A stretch of DNA of 63,735 bases, the filler included, from Folioceros fuciformis (taxonomy: Eukaryota): assembly GCA_049999805.1 (NCBI GenBank). It is 11 parts of 11 records of this genome, joined end to end, with 100 filler letters (N's around TTAATTAATTAA, not from the genome) between each part and the next. Parts side by side here need not be neighbours in the genome. Positions count along the whole stretch, not along the records: positions 1 to 24,497 come from JBNGIO010000502.1; 10 more parts are not named here. One strand, given 5' to 3'. Numbering within the stretch: position 1 is the stretch's first letter; each line of letters opens with the position of its first letter. Below the pieces are notes generated by a model, which saw only the letters and a program-made list of their open reading frames with translations, had not been told where the DNA came from and did not search any database. Positions 1-12,622 of this stretch are shown in pieces. A program made the position numbers and the translations under genes.

Positions 1-104
1 CATTATAAGTAGAAGAATTTCATTTGACCCCACTAAGGAGGCCACAACTCGCTCTCGGCACCAGGCTTGCACCGCAATGTCTTTTGAAACATGAAACATT
101 ATCC

Positions 105-3100
105 TCACCAATTGAGCCCCTCCTGTGCGAGTTCCAGATCTCCAGCATCGTAATTTCCGGATTCTATGCCGAGTTCCACTGGCTCAGGAGGTGTGTCACC
201 CTACAGTCATGAAAGCTTCAATTTGTCAGGTAAATACTCGCAGATGTCAAGATCAGGTAACAAGCATCACAACAACTGCCATGTGTCCGTCCAAGATTCT
301 TCACTGCCATATTCAAATCGAAGCTGACAATGGATTCTGTGAGATTTACACACGCTTACAGTTGTATAGCTGTCATACGCCAGAACACTAGACGCAAGTC
401 GCCATCTGACGCACCCTTCTGAATACACATAGCACCTGCAAAGAAACCCGTCTACTTAACAGCTCAGACTGAAGCGAGTACCACTCTCGGTTTATCTATA
501 AAAAACTGTTCGCAGACAATTTGATACAGCCGGATATAAAAAGGCTCTATCCTTGTCCTTCAAATACGAAAGAAGAAACCTGCATAATCCTGCATCATAC
601 ATACTCTGACACGTCATGATGCACAATCATGAAGCCTTACACAAGTCAGTCCTAAGAAAAGTTTCAGTATGACAGAGTGAATACCTGCGCAATCCTGCAT
701 CATATGCAAGTTGAGCAGCCCACGAGGCACGCCTGCTGGTTCTACCTGCTCTGATCAGGTGTTAGCATATCATATTCCAGTCTAATCGGGCTCCATCTGA
801 GCCAAGTTTGAGAAAAAGAAAAAAAATGCTCGTCTGCAACTCTACAAGGAAACACAAATCTACTGGAAGCACCACCACCAGCACCTCACAAAAAACTGCG
901 AAGGGGAATCGAAGAAGTAACAATACAATGAAGAACAATGATGTCGCTAGGACAAAACTTCTGGAATCGGTACTGCCTTTCCCATTCCAGTGACCCCATG
1001 GCCAATGCTCGGGGCCACTCCTCAACTGCAAATCAGCAGACATAATGAAAACTTACAATTTCTGGACCTGCTGAGAAGACACAATGCAGAATAATCTATT
1101 CCACTCAGGCACTTTGTAACCAATTTTTCGAACACAAAGGAATGACTTGTCATAAACTTATGGAACAAATGGTAAAACAGATATAGACCCCCACATCCTA
1201 GTAAACACCCTACACGCCAAGGCCTTAACTTCAGAACGCATACACAACCAGAACGCATACCCGAAGGGTCACAAAAAGGCATGGATTTGAAGATGGAAAC
1301 TCTACATTTTGGATAAAAAAAACAATGTTCAGTGCTGAAACATTCTAGATGATCAACCTTGGAAGAAGCTGCAACTTCCAGTAGCTTGAGTTCACAGAGA
1401 GCATCTCAGCCCATGACTGGGGCACAACTGAAGTTTAGAGTGGAAGGCGAAGGCTCCATGCTCATCCCTACCCCAGGTGTTCGGTTGGCTGACTTTTTGA
1501 GCAAATTGCTCAGGGGACACACACAAGATCATAGAGTGAATAATGGGCACATGCAAGCATTCTGACAGTGCCTTAGCCATTTGCAAACTAAATGTCTTTA
1601 GACAATCAAGTTGGTTATGAGATTGAACAAAACCTGGAAGGTGAACTGATCCTTCGATAAAGCCATAAAATGCCCTTTCATCGTGCCTACGAACGTCAAC
1701 CAACAGTAGTCTTTGAAAAGGAGTTAGATTGCAGACTTCCTTCCTCATCCTGTTAACAAGTAGTGCAGCAACTGCATCCCTGCATTTCACAAGAAAAAAA
1801 TTACTCCGTTACGGACGTGATGGAGGACGTTGTATCTAACCACTCAAGTGGCACAATGGACACGCCACATCTGAGCTCCTTGCAGGATATCCTGCAGTTT
1901 GTGTAGGCTCTACTTCACAACCCATTCAGCTCGATCAAGAAAGTGTGAACGTAGCACAAAGCTTCAGATTGACATCTTACGCCCTGAGGATTCAGTCATG
2001 CAACAGTCTGAACAGCTTGTGGAGTATGACGTCAACGGCTTATAATGCTGACAGCATTGTAAGAACAATGGACACAAGTGATGGAAACCTCTGCATGTAG
2101 TACCTCGGCCCACATGAATTGAGCCCGACCATGGACATTGCCATTGCCATGGCCATTGGACATGCATACCGTTGAGAGCCATAAGAGACACTTGATTAAT
2201 CTCACTAACAGAGCCTCACAGAGGAACCACGAAATTCTAGCTCTACCCCCATTATTGGGAGGTAAGATCCACAACCAGGGCAAACTATTCAAGTTACACA
2301 CAAGCGTGCTGCCACAGAGGATAGGTACACAGTGCCTTTATATGTACTTGAACAGTTACTTTACCTGCTCTCATAGGTGGCTTACATAGAAATTATATTT
2401 CATAACCACACCTGGACATACAGCCTACTTGCACTTCTCAAGGTTGATAGCAACAACAGACCCCTTCCAGAAGATTGGAAACGAAGAAATCACCTGCTGA
2501 GAAGCTTTGCTGGCGAAGCCTCAGGGTTGTTAAGAGCCGTGAAGTACGCTGCAAGACCCCCCTCCACTACACAGCACCTGCACACACAGGTAATCTACCG
2601 ACCAGTAAGAAAATGCAAGCAACACAGGGGCCCCTGGTGAGTTCACTGAGTTCAATCGCACCACAGATGAAGGAAGCCCCTGACCCATTCCATCTACCCA
2701 AACGGCGGATTAAGAAGAGTCCTTGGTTGGGTATTCTGACCAGTAGCCTATTCTAAGGTCCTGCTTGTCATAAATAAAATGGTTGCCCCTGAACAATGTG
2801 CGGGAAAGTGGTTCGACATTGGAGTCTCTCCATGCCCCTTCAGCTTTTGAACAACAAGATGGGATGCTGGGATCTCGCACATGGATCACACATGGCAGGG
2901 TAACGAATACCCTCTGTAGCCGAGTTCCGCAGCCGCAGTTGCCGCTCGCTGCGCTTTTCGTCCTGTGGCTGACAGGAAGAGCAAGAGGTCGCCTTTGACA
3001 GGATGCTTTGCAGATGGGAACCGGGTCTTCCATTGGCTGATCGAAAACTGTAAGCACAGCTTCAGCTCTAACTCTGCAAAACGCAACAGATGCACGTGAG

Positions 3101-3482
3101 GCAATCCCGAAAACGCGCAAGGCCCTCTAATGCTGAGCAAAATTGATCGTTTACCCGGAATGTTGATCAGTCGTGCGCTGCAGAGGGAATCGGGTAGTCC
3201 AGCCCTGGGGGAGCTTACGTCAATAATCAGGTAGGACATGGAGTCCAAATGCAGCAGCTTTAATAGAGCAGCAGGGGAAATTGTAACGAAAAGGGGATGG
3301 GACACAGGTCTGTGTGGACTGATCAACAGGGCCTTGCGCTGTGACAACATGTCTTTGCGCCGCGCTAGAACACTCCGCAACTGTCTCACGCAGAAAGCCA
3401 TGAGGGCAATCTGCAGCAGGAAAGTGAGCGACCCGCCGACATTGTGTACCCGTAGCGCTCCTCTCTCGTCTGTTCCCTTCAT
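105..3482 (-). CDS. Tandem rhodanese-like domain protein (sulfurtransferase-like), about 350 aa, 8 exons: 3155-3482, 2911-3073, 2494-2577, 1634-1779, 927-1025, 685-745, 360-435, 105-200
   Basis: Manual GT-AG splicing gives 1053 nt in frame. Domain 1: YLIIDVSS...LLFLSATGRKAQRAA...VVEGGL. Domain 2: LLVDVRRHDERAFYGFIEGSVHLP...IIVLHCRTSRRASWAAQLAYDAG...VYSEG. Hydrophobic N-terminal segment. Confidence 0.8.
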
Positions 3483-3796
3483 CTTATGATGAGATGATCC
3501 CAAACTGCCAGTGGCTGACTTGGTCCTACACCCCTCTTACAGCACAGCGAGGGAGCTCACCGTGATTTTTCAACCTCCGAGTGCTCGGACGAAAGGTCCA
3601 CTGGCGTAAACAAACTGACTAGGGTGTAGTTTGAAAGACGTGATCTCGTTCCACAGGTTGAAGTATCATCACAGCTTACCTAGACAATTCTAGACAATTT
3701 AGCGTGTTCATTCTCCAAACGCTGGGTCCCGCGGGCATCAGTCGAAGCAACGTCATTGAGCTGTGGCCATCCCGGCCAAACCCCGCCCCCGTCGAT

Positions 3797-5359
3797 ATGG
3801 GCGTCATACCCACCCGTTGGGAAACCTGGGCCGCTAACTTGTGCCAGCACCTCCATTGCGCCTTCAAACTGGGCCTGCAGCCACGTCGCCTCCCACAGGC
3901 CGTCCGGCCCTCTTCTCTCCTGGCCTCTTTGTCTCTTTTCACAGGGTCTCCAGATCCTCTTCATCGTTTTGACCTGGCCATGAGCGAAGACCAGGTCTCA
4001 AGGCGCTTGGATGGTGTCCCTGTCTACACCGTCAGCAACTCTGCGAACGAGTTCGTCTTGGTGTCTGACCTCAACAGCCAGAAGTCGCTTGGCGTTTTCT
4101 GCTTCCGACATGAGGATGCTGAAGCTCTCCTGTCACAGGTTGTTCGCACTTCACAGATATCTGAACCTTCGTGTGGGGTTGCTGGTCTGTAGGTGGCCTT
4201 ACTTTAGAACGGTTGCGCAGGTGAAAGACCGGGAGCCTATTTTGGGACGTGGTGCCAAGGTCGTGGCGGTGTCTCTTGACAAGGTAGCCTGAGGTGCGAG
4301 ATTTTTGGAAGTCTGCAAGTATAAGCTGAACACGAACGAATTACTGGACCAATGCCCCTCCCGGTTGATGCATAGGTCTACCAGCTAAATACAGAGGGCA
4401 TTGCATTCAGGTTCCTGCCGGATCCACGTCAGGTGAAAAATGCTCTTGAGGTAGGTTGTGGTCAGTAAAGTTGCTCTTGTGTATGCTCTGATTCTTCCCC
4501 TGATACCTTCTGACTATGACCCTCAAGTTCCAGGCACGAGCGAAAATGGGGGACCCTGGAAGGTCGTTCGATGGCGTGCCTGTCTTCCAGGTTGGTGCTA
4601 TACCTTCTCTCCCCAAAGGCTTCCTCTGCACTCTACCCTACTTTGTTGCAGCGCAAATGCACTAGTTGGGGATTGCACCCTGGCAAGAGGAGGGTTTCCT
4701 TCTGGGAAATGTCTCTTTAAATCAAGGCTGTGTGTGATAGCTCGAGTTTCATCTCATTTGTGCAGTCAGGGAACTTGATCCTACGGAGCAACAATCGACG
4801 CTTCTGTCCTATTTTTTTCTGCAGGGTTAGTCTGTATATCCTGCTTTGTCTGCCGCTATTTCTTGGTACTTCATCCTGTGGTGACGAATTTAGTTTCAGG
4901 GTATGGTGGTGTTCAAGTTAGTTTTATAGTTTTTATATTCTGGGATGCAGGAGGACCTTGAAGGAGCACTAACTCGAGCCTTCAAGCAGCAGCAGCGTGT
5001 GAATCCGTCGCTGAGAGTAAATACTGACATTCAGGTACTTAAGTCTAGGTCTGTTGACGGTTGCCATCGGTAGAAGTTGGACCTGCCTACTTCAGTGTAT
5101 CTGTTCATGTTATCAGGTGGGAAGCTTCGAGGATGTTTTGAAGCGAATGGAGGTATGTTTCATCCTCTTTGCAGCATCCTATCAGAACACCTGGTCAAAA
5201 TAACGTGTGGACTGACAGTTGTCTGTCACAATTTTGCAGAGTAGCAACGAAAGTTCCGGGTGGGCAGATCTTGTTTTTGTTCCTCCGGGTATGGATGCCT
5301 TCTCGATCCTCGGCAGAGGTCTATCTCAGTCTAAAACCTCTGAATCAGTTACCACCTGA
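3797..5359 (+). CDS. TIC22: Chloroplast import component Tic22-like, about 278 aa, 8 exons: 3797-4138, 4221-4283, 4376-4450, 4534-4590, 4766-4825, 4951-5034, 5117-5152, 5240-5359
   Basis: RLDGVPVYTVSNSANEFVLVS, AKVVAVSLDKVY, AFRFLPDPRQVKNAL, FDGVPVFQ, PIFFCREDL, WADLVFVPPG; all introns GT-AG and in frame. Confidence 0.92.
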
Positions 5360-5595
5360 GAACCAGTTAGATAACCTTTTGGTTTGATCTTCTGGCCCAT
5401 GATTCTCTGGTCTATGCTGCCCATGCGGTGAAAATCCTTCACGTTTCGTCGCGTGCCCGTGGAAGTTTTGGGTGCACCGCCCGTTGGATTCCTCTTTTCA
5501 CTTCAGGAAATCCTCTATCGGACTCTTGATACCTTCATTAAATTGCGACGACAGACACAGGTTGAAGGGTTTATTTTGTGCTAGCAAATGAAGAT

Positions 5596-6584
5596 AGTAA
5601 CGCCCCTTTCCTTACGCAGTGTGAAAAGAAAGCAACGGCCTTGGATCTGATCCTCCGCAGTGCTTCAGTTACAAATCATTTACCTCTATCTCATACGACT
5701 CATCATTCTATCTCATATGACTCAACACTCTATCTCATACGACTCAACACTCTATCTCATACAACTCAACACTCTATCTCATACGACTCAACACTCTATC
5801 TCATACGACTTAACACTCTCTCATACGACTCAACACTCTATCTCATACGACTCAACACTCTATCTCATACGACTCAACACTCTATCTCATACGACTCAAC
5901 ACTCTATCTCATACGACTCAACACTATCTCATACGACTCAACACTCTATCTCATACGACTCAACACTCTATCTCATACGACTCAACACTCTATCTCATAC
6001 GACTCAACACTCTATCTCATACGACTCAACACTAGGCTCGAAGAAGCAGACTCAACACTCTATCTCATACGTCTCAACACTATACGACTCAACACTAGGC
6101 TCCAAGCAACCCACCGTCCACTAACGACTTGTAGACCACCTCTGACGATTTGTGGACCACCTTCTTTGCGATCTACGCCCCACTAGCTACTGCCCTTGAC
6201 TTAATCTAACAAGCTTGCTCTTCAAGCCTTGCTAAGCTATCTCTCAACACTAGACTTCTCACTGTCTACCTCTCTCTCTTCTCAAGGCCTTAGCACTGGC
6301 ATATTTATACTCCACAACTAAGCCACTACTAAAGCTGGGAATCATACACGCCTCTCATCTCATAATACTAGTGGTCATTACAACTCCATCCTTCTTAGGA
6401 GGTTTTGCCTAGAACACACATCTTGTTTCCAAAGGCAGCAACAAGCATACTTGCTTCTTCATCAAGATAGCTCTAGATTTAGCTTTCATCTTTCTACGTT
6501 TAACTTTCACATTATTTCACTTGTGTCATTACTCTCTCCTCCGCTAGGAAGATGTCACTGTCCTTAATGACTTGCAGTATAACA
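5596..6584 (-). mobile_element. Probable LTR of about 1 kb containing the 22-bp minisatellite
   Basis: Minus strand begins TGTTATAC at 6584, has TATAAAT near 6305, and the other end reads (A)GTAACGCCC. No clear TSD. Confidence 0.45.
5684..6096. repeat. Minisatellite, 22-bp unit CTCAACACTCTATCTCATACGA, about 17 copies
   Basis: Directly visible tandem array; it explains the repetitive ORFs 5578-6186 and 5660-6124. Confidence 0.95.
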
Positions 6585-6632
6585 TGAGATCATCTATGAT
6601 CCTTGTTGCACATCTTGAAGTGAAACCCATTA

Positions 6633-7210
6633 TCATTGTTCTTTGAGCTTCGTGCCCCCTGCACACTCCTTGATTTCTTCAATGGAAGTTCCCTCTGGAG
6701 TTGCCTCTTGCAATTGTACTTCCTTCATTATCCTTGGGAGTTCCTCTGCCAGCACTGTTGGAAGAAACTCTAGGCTACATATATTGTCCATGGGTATTAC
6801 CTCGAAATCTTCGTGAGGAGTTGGATGTGGTTGAATAAAAGGTACATGGGATAGCATCTGTTACTGATATGGCCTCTGCCAAGGTCATTGGACTATACAA
6901 CTCAATTCTATTAGCAGCCCAGTCCTTCAAACCAGCCGTGAAGCGATGTAGTTTGTCAACCTCACTCATTGAAGTACAATGCATAATAGTTTCATTGCAG
7001 GCACTTACATATTCTTGTACAGTACTTTTATGCTTTACATTATCAAGCAGATGCCGGCTCATACGCGAAGCATTCGCAGGTTGGAACTGCTTCTTCAAGG
7101 CCTCTTTAAAAGATGCTCAATATGTGATGGTATGTGCTCAATTACCCTAGGCTACATTGCCACAATAACTTCACCACCACACCAAAGCATACCCTTTCAG
7201 GAAAGTTGCC
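6633..7210 (-). mobile_element. Ty3/Gypsy gag (capsid) remnant
   Basis: QFQPAN...TVQEYVSACNE...DKLHRFTAGLKDW...PMTLAEAI, a retrotransposon gag pattern; frameshifted. Confidence 0.75.
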
Positions 7211-7433
7211 CATAGTTCCTAAGTAGTCCGTAGGCTCAAGGCCACATGAGGCAAGATAGCTTTCAATAGAGTAAATCTAGGAATCAATAGCTTGTAGATT
7301 CCTTACTCCCTCATACTTATTTGGCATGGCCAACTTTAGATTTGCTCACGGCTTCAAAGATATGAAAAGGATCTTAATTGTCTTAACCTTTCTCATTTCG
7401 TAGAGCTATTGGTTGTGGATCCTTCTTTTCCTT

Positions 7434-8635
7434 CACTTGCTTTCTTCCCCTCACAGTCCAGGACCTATGCCAACACCTCAGGATTAGTTTCCGAAGGCCG
7501 AAGAGCCATTTCGGCTGGAAGCCAATTCTGCTGAATAAGCTGCTGATTTCAAGCCCGGTTCCGGCTGCTGATCGCACTTCTTCTCACCTCTTCCCTATCT
7601 TCTCCCACTGCTCATGCTCCTCCCATGGAGGGGAGATCAGCCACCATGGGGGAACAGTTGCAGGGGAAGGCTTTACGGGCAACCATCCAGCAAGGAAGAG
7701 ATGGCATCCGCAAGATCTTTGAGATCAGGCATCCTTCAAGGTCTCAGGATAGCTTAATAGGTGGTGGGTACTTGTGGTGGTAGGGTCAGCAGGTTGTCGC
7801 ACTAGCTCATTAATATTGGCGGCGGGATGTGCTAGGAAAGTCTAAATAAGTGGCTGGTGACAGCCGGCTAGGCTAGTTGTCTTATTAAAATAATAATTGT
7901 CAAGCTAGAGAGAGGTGAGGTAAGAGAGAGAGAGGCTCCTATAAGATAGAGAGAGCCCCTAGGAGGCAGGGCGTCACTTTACGATCTCTCTCGGGCTGCC
8001 CCCTGCCTGGATATAGCAATGTGTGCTAGCTGTGCATTTGTGCAGCGTCTGGTAAAGCTTTGAGAAGTAGTGACCAGGGTTAAGAGCTGGGTCCCTTTAA
8101 TTCTTGATCATGCTCTCCGTGTCGTGCCCCATGTTCTGTCATTCTTGTTTCCTCGCAAGGCTGGAGTGAGTGCCGACCATGCTTGCATGGTGTCTTGTAG
8201 GATCGTGGGTGGCGGCATGCTCTTCTTTGGAGTTAGTCTAGTGACTCTTGCCGAGTGGGGGAGTCAATAGGGAAGTGTAGAAGGTAGTGGTGTTGTTGTT
8301 GATGCTAAGTGCTGGAGTGAGTGAGTGAAGTGAGTGAGGGAAGTCGCAGATTTGAGAGGTTAATGTCGTTGTAGTGACTGGAGTACATTTGTGGGCACCA
8401 AAAGAGGTGCAGTTGACTGCTGGACAGCGAGGACTGTCCCATGCCTCATCAGAGCTGGAGAGGAGCCCTTGAATCCGTCATCGAGTCGATTGAGTTTGAC
8501 CCTCCATCCATAGCAGCGAGGAACCCCATCGCTCCTTGGTGGGAACGAAACCCAATGTCTCAACGACAATGGGATAAGTGTGGCCACTAAAGGTTAAACC
8601 CGTTGGCAATCAACACTCGGTGTTTTGCCGCCACA
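7434..8635 (+). mobile_element. Gypsy LTR family A copy, ending ...GCCGCCACA
   Basis: About 1.2 kb colinear with the inverted copy at 55774-56965; terminal part matches 30114-30643 and 30744-31197. Confidence 0.75.
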
Positions 8636-8645
8636 CACGACAATT

Positions 8646-9885
8646 TTAGCATTGGACAACCCCTGTTGTTTGGTTAGCAACCCTACCCACCTGGTTGCTG
8701 CAACCACCCATGCCCATGGAATTTTGCAGAATGGGAGGGTGAGCTGTCTTGGGGTATTGCTGACCTAGCGGGACCTCCTGGATATGGTAGGAGTCCTCCA
8801 TGGGCCACTCCTCTTCCTCCGCCTCATAGGTCAGTAAGTGCACCTTGGCCACTTGACACTGGGACTTAGTGTGCCCTTGCTCACCACATGTGGAGCAAAA
8901 CAGATTGGCACGGCCACTAGTTGCAACCCTCCTCCTCTCATGTTCCTTGACAGCATGAAGATGAAATTTCTCAAACTTACTCATCATCTCCTTCATCTTG
9001 GACTCCTGCTGCTCCATCTTCTTATCTGTAGCCTCAGCCTCCTTCTTGACCTGCTCCACCTCTTTCTTGGCACTAGCCACCTCTTGCTTGGCCTTGGCTA
9101 GATCCTTGACTCCCTTTATCTCCTTCTTCCTCTTAGCAACATCTGCCCCCTTTTTCTTCCTCCTCTTCTTGGAAGCCTCGTCCTCCGAGGACTCCTCTTC
9201 CATGCTATTCTCCGCTGAAGATGAAGAACTCCCCGATGTTGATCCTTCTGAAAAATCACTTTCCTCGGAGGAGCCTTCATCCAAGGAGGATGACTCCTTC
9301 TTCTTCTTCCCTTTCCTAGACTTCTTCTTCTTCCTGTCCTTCTCTTTCACCCTCTCCCTCTCCTTCTTATATTTCCTCTTGCTCCAAGGGTGGGATTCTT
9401 CATAGTTAAGGGCTGCCTTGATGGCCTTGTCCACGTCCTTCTCCGCAAACAGCTTCACATGGCCCCCTCATCTTGGACCCTAGGCCACTAGCAAACCACT
9501 GGATAGCTTGCAAGTCAAAATGAGGCCCACAGCGGTCTCGTAGGCCATGAAACCTCTCCACATAGGCCTGCAGGGTTTCCTTCCTTCTCCTCCTCAAGGA
9601 CTCCAACTTGGACAGCACATAGCCCTCTACATCTATCCCCCCAAAACCTCTCGCAAAAGGTCCTCTTTAGCACATCAAAGGTTGCTGGAAGAGTGCCGAA
9701 CTTGAGGTACTCCCTCCGGTACCACTTGGTAGGCCCTCCACGAAGCACTCCATAGAACAATTGGGTGCGCTGCGCGTCTGCTGATTCCTAATTAGCAATG
9801 GTCAACTGTTCAAATCGCTCCACAAACTCATCCGGATCCTCATACCTCTTCTTCTCTCCATACAAAGGGTGCGGCTGCTTGGTGA
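8646..9885 (-). mobile_element. Degenerate Gypsy-type gag with CCHC zinc knuckle
   Basis: ETLQAYVERFHGL...QWFASGL, an acidic/basic low-complexity tract, and CSTCGEQGHTKSQC; frameshifts. Confidence 0.75.
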
Positions 9886-10457
9886 AGACGAAGATTGAAG
9901 GAGTGAGTGAAGAGAATGTCTAAGTGAGTTGAGAAGAGAAGGAGAGGAGGGCGGCCAATCACTGAACGGGATGCGAGGTGTGAGGCAAGAGAGGAGAAGT
10001 GTGGCTGATCACTGAATGCGATGAGAGGTGAGAGGTAGGAGATTGAGATTGAGGAGAAGAACTAACTGCAAATAACTTAAGAGGATTGCTGAGAGATCGA
10101 GGAAGATTGTGGAGGATTGCTGGAAATTGAAGAGGATTGATGAGAGATTGAGGAAGATTGTGAAAGATTGCTGGAGACTGGAGATGAATTTTGGAAGATT
10201 TCTAAGGGATTTCTGGGCATTTGTGGAAGATTGTTGGGGATTGAGGGAGAGTGCTAAGGATTGCTGAGGGATTGCTGGAGATTTGTGGACATTGTTGGAA
10301 GATTGAAGACATTTGGAATCAAGCCTGAGAAACAAGATGTGAACCAGAGCTCTTGTGTGTTTTGCATGTGTGGAGAGTCTTGCATGTATATGTGAAGGAG
10401 TGTGACTGCTTCGTGGGGTCTTGTTTCCCAAGGATTGGCATTTGCATGTGTGGAGAG

Positions 10458-10900
10458 TGTGGAATGATCCTTTAGACCCAAGAATTACCAAAAGGTCCAC
10501 ATTAACCTTTATTGTCATTGCAGCCTTGAGATTCGTTCCCAAGGGAGTGATCTCGTGCCAAGGCAGTCAAGTCAACTAAACTACCCTAACGCGCTAATAG
10601 AATTCAACCTATCAGCCCCTACATAAACCTAACAACGACTATAGCAGTTAGACCTAGCTCCACAGCTTTATTCTTAGCACCAACTACCTCAGCAGCTGAA
10701 AAAGAAACTCCTACCCCAATGCCAATCTCCAACCTCAACTCCACTTTCCAGCCTCAACTCCACTCTCTAGCCTCAACTCTAGCCTAACACTAAGCTCCAA
10801 CTCCACACTTCAGCACCCTGAAATGTGCAACACAACTCTCCAACCCATGGAATTTGCAACACAACCGCCTTCCCTACTTGCAGCCTTAAGGCAGAGATGC
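10458..10900. mobile_element. LTR-like family B fragment starting TGTGGA
   Basis: Diverged homolog of 63397-63735 and of 62085-62245; right boundary approximate. Confidence 0.5.
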
Positions 10901-11100
10901 GAAGTCTTCGGCTGGATATTCACTCTCGTGTGGCAGCGGAAGTCGTCTGCCTCTCTAGTGAAGTAAAGAAACAGGACCTCGGGTCAAATCTCTCATCAAT
11001 TACTATGTAATCCTCCTATTGTGCTCAAAGATGCCACTGGTGCTTGATTATATCTTTTCAAATTTGAAGTTGGTTTTCTGAACAAGCTTTACTGTTTCTA

Positions 11101-11800
11101 GTAGCAACATCACTACAGAAAAAGAGAAAAAGGTTAGCAAGTTCAGCAATTGCACGAGATGCATGGCCAAAGATGAAGAGGAAAGGAAGAACTTTGTAGA
11201 TTACTGAGCAAGAGCCTACTTGAGCAGTGGAAATTGACTTCGAAAGGCTGGAGAGGCTAGCCCAAGATGAAGACAATTTGAATGCTATCCGAAAGAAAGC
11301 ACACGCAACAAGGATTCGGTCTACAACTTTCAACCTGCATGTGGATATTTTACATCCTACTTTGGTCATCACTTGTGATGCTCAAATTAGAGAAGTTGAT
11401 GAAGCTTGGATGAAAAGCTTGGTGAGGTAGATGCAACCAGGATTTGTCAAGGAAGGTATCTTACCCCTTCTTTGTATGATTGACCCTAAGCAGGTAGCTA
11501 AGAAGGAGGACGTCTCCTTAGACAATATTACAGCTGAACAATATCACATGGGTGTGTTGAGTGGGAACCATTGTTTTGCTACCACGCAAAAACTACACCA
11601 TATGTTTCCAACCGAAGACAAATGCAAATGGATGGATTTTCATGTTTACATTGGCCTTACAAAATGAGGAGATGAGGGTTATGGGAATGGACCACAATGT
11701 GTATGCGGACAAGAGAAAAAGACGAGGTTTCATCAAGCAGATCAAGTATATTCATGATGAGCTTGAGATCTTTTCCCCGACCCATTATGTCATCACTTAG
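11101..11800 (+). pseudogene. Decayed ORF with ParB/Srx-like domain
   Basis: Read-through: KKRKR...QIREVDEAWMKSLVR*MQ...ILPLLCMIDP...GVLSGNH(C)FATTQKL...VYIGLT/NEEMRVMGMDHN; 3 in-frame stops and 1 frameshift. Confidence 0.6.
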
Positions 11801-12622
11801 AAAGTCTGTTGGAGTTTTGCATCTGTGTGAACTTTCTGTGCAAATTGTGACTACATAAGTTATTCACTCATAGTAGATATGTGCATAGAAAGGGTTAATC
11901 CCTTGCATTTTAACTAAAGAGACAGTTAACAGGTGAAAAGTTCTCACGAAGGAACAATTGGAGAGTACGGTTTTTGGTGGTTAACTTTGTGCAAAGTTGA
12001 TAACGGTTTAGGAATGACCATCCAGGTGGTTGGTGCAAATGAATGCACAGAGCTAAGGTGCAAAAAGCGAGTTAGAGTGTTAAGTTGCATCTGGGCCAAA
12101 TGAGCACAATTGTTACCATGTTCCAAGGAAGGAAAAGTTTTGGTTAGATTAAAAAAGTATTAGTCTGTAGCATCAAAATCCAAGAACGATTGTTAAGAGG
12201 CTTGTTAACTTGAACAAGAATGTAAAGAGGGTGGATGTGAGGGTTTGGGGTGTTGGAGTTGGATGGTGATGAGTTGGGAAAGGACCTCCTTTTGAAACTG
12301 TGTATGTTTCTTGTAAGTTATCGGGTAGCGCGGTCTTACAGAATGAGGGTTCTAATTGAGAAATTTTGAAGTTTCACGACAATTATGGGATGAAATGAAC
12401 GTGTAGAATTGTGCAATGTCCAGTTATGCAATAGACGAATCGGATTGAGAGAAGTGGCTAAGGTCTTAAAGTTGGGGAATCTATGGCAAGGAGAGTGTAC
12501 GGGATTGAATAATGAGGTTTTTAAATTTTTTGGAAACATGTCGTTCTGAAGTTCAATGTCCATGGAGCGTTGTAAGGCGATGGGCTTTAGGGTGGTGTTT
12601 GAGAGAACTTTGGCAAGTGACA

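Noticed and set aside
5578-6186. 202-aa and 154-aa repetitive ORFs, or a CRISPR-like array
   Set aside because: These are translations of a head-to-tail minisatellite; there are no unique spacers or cas genes.
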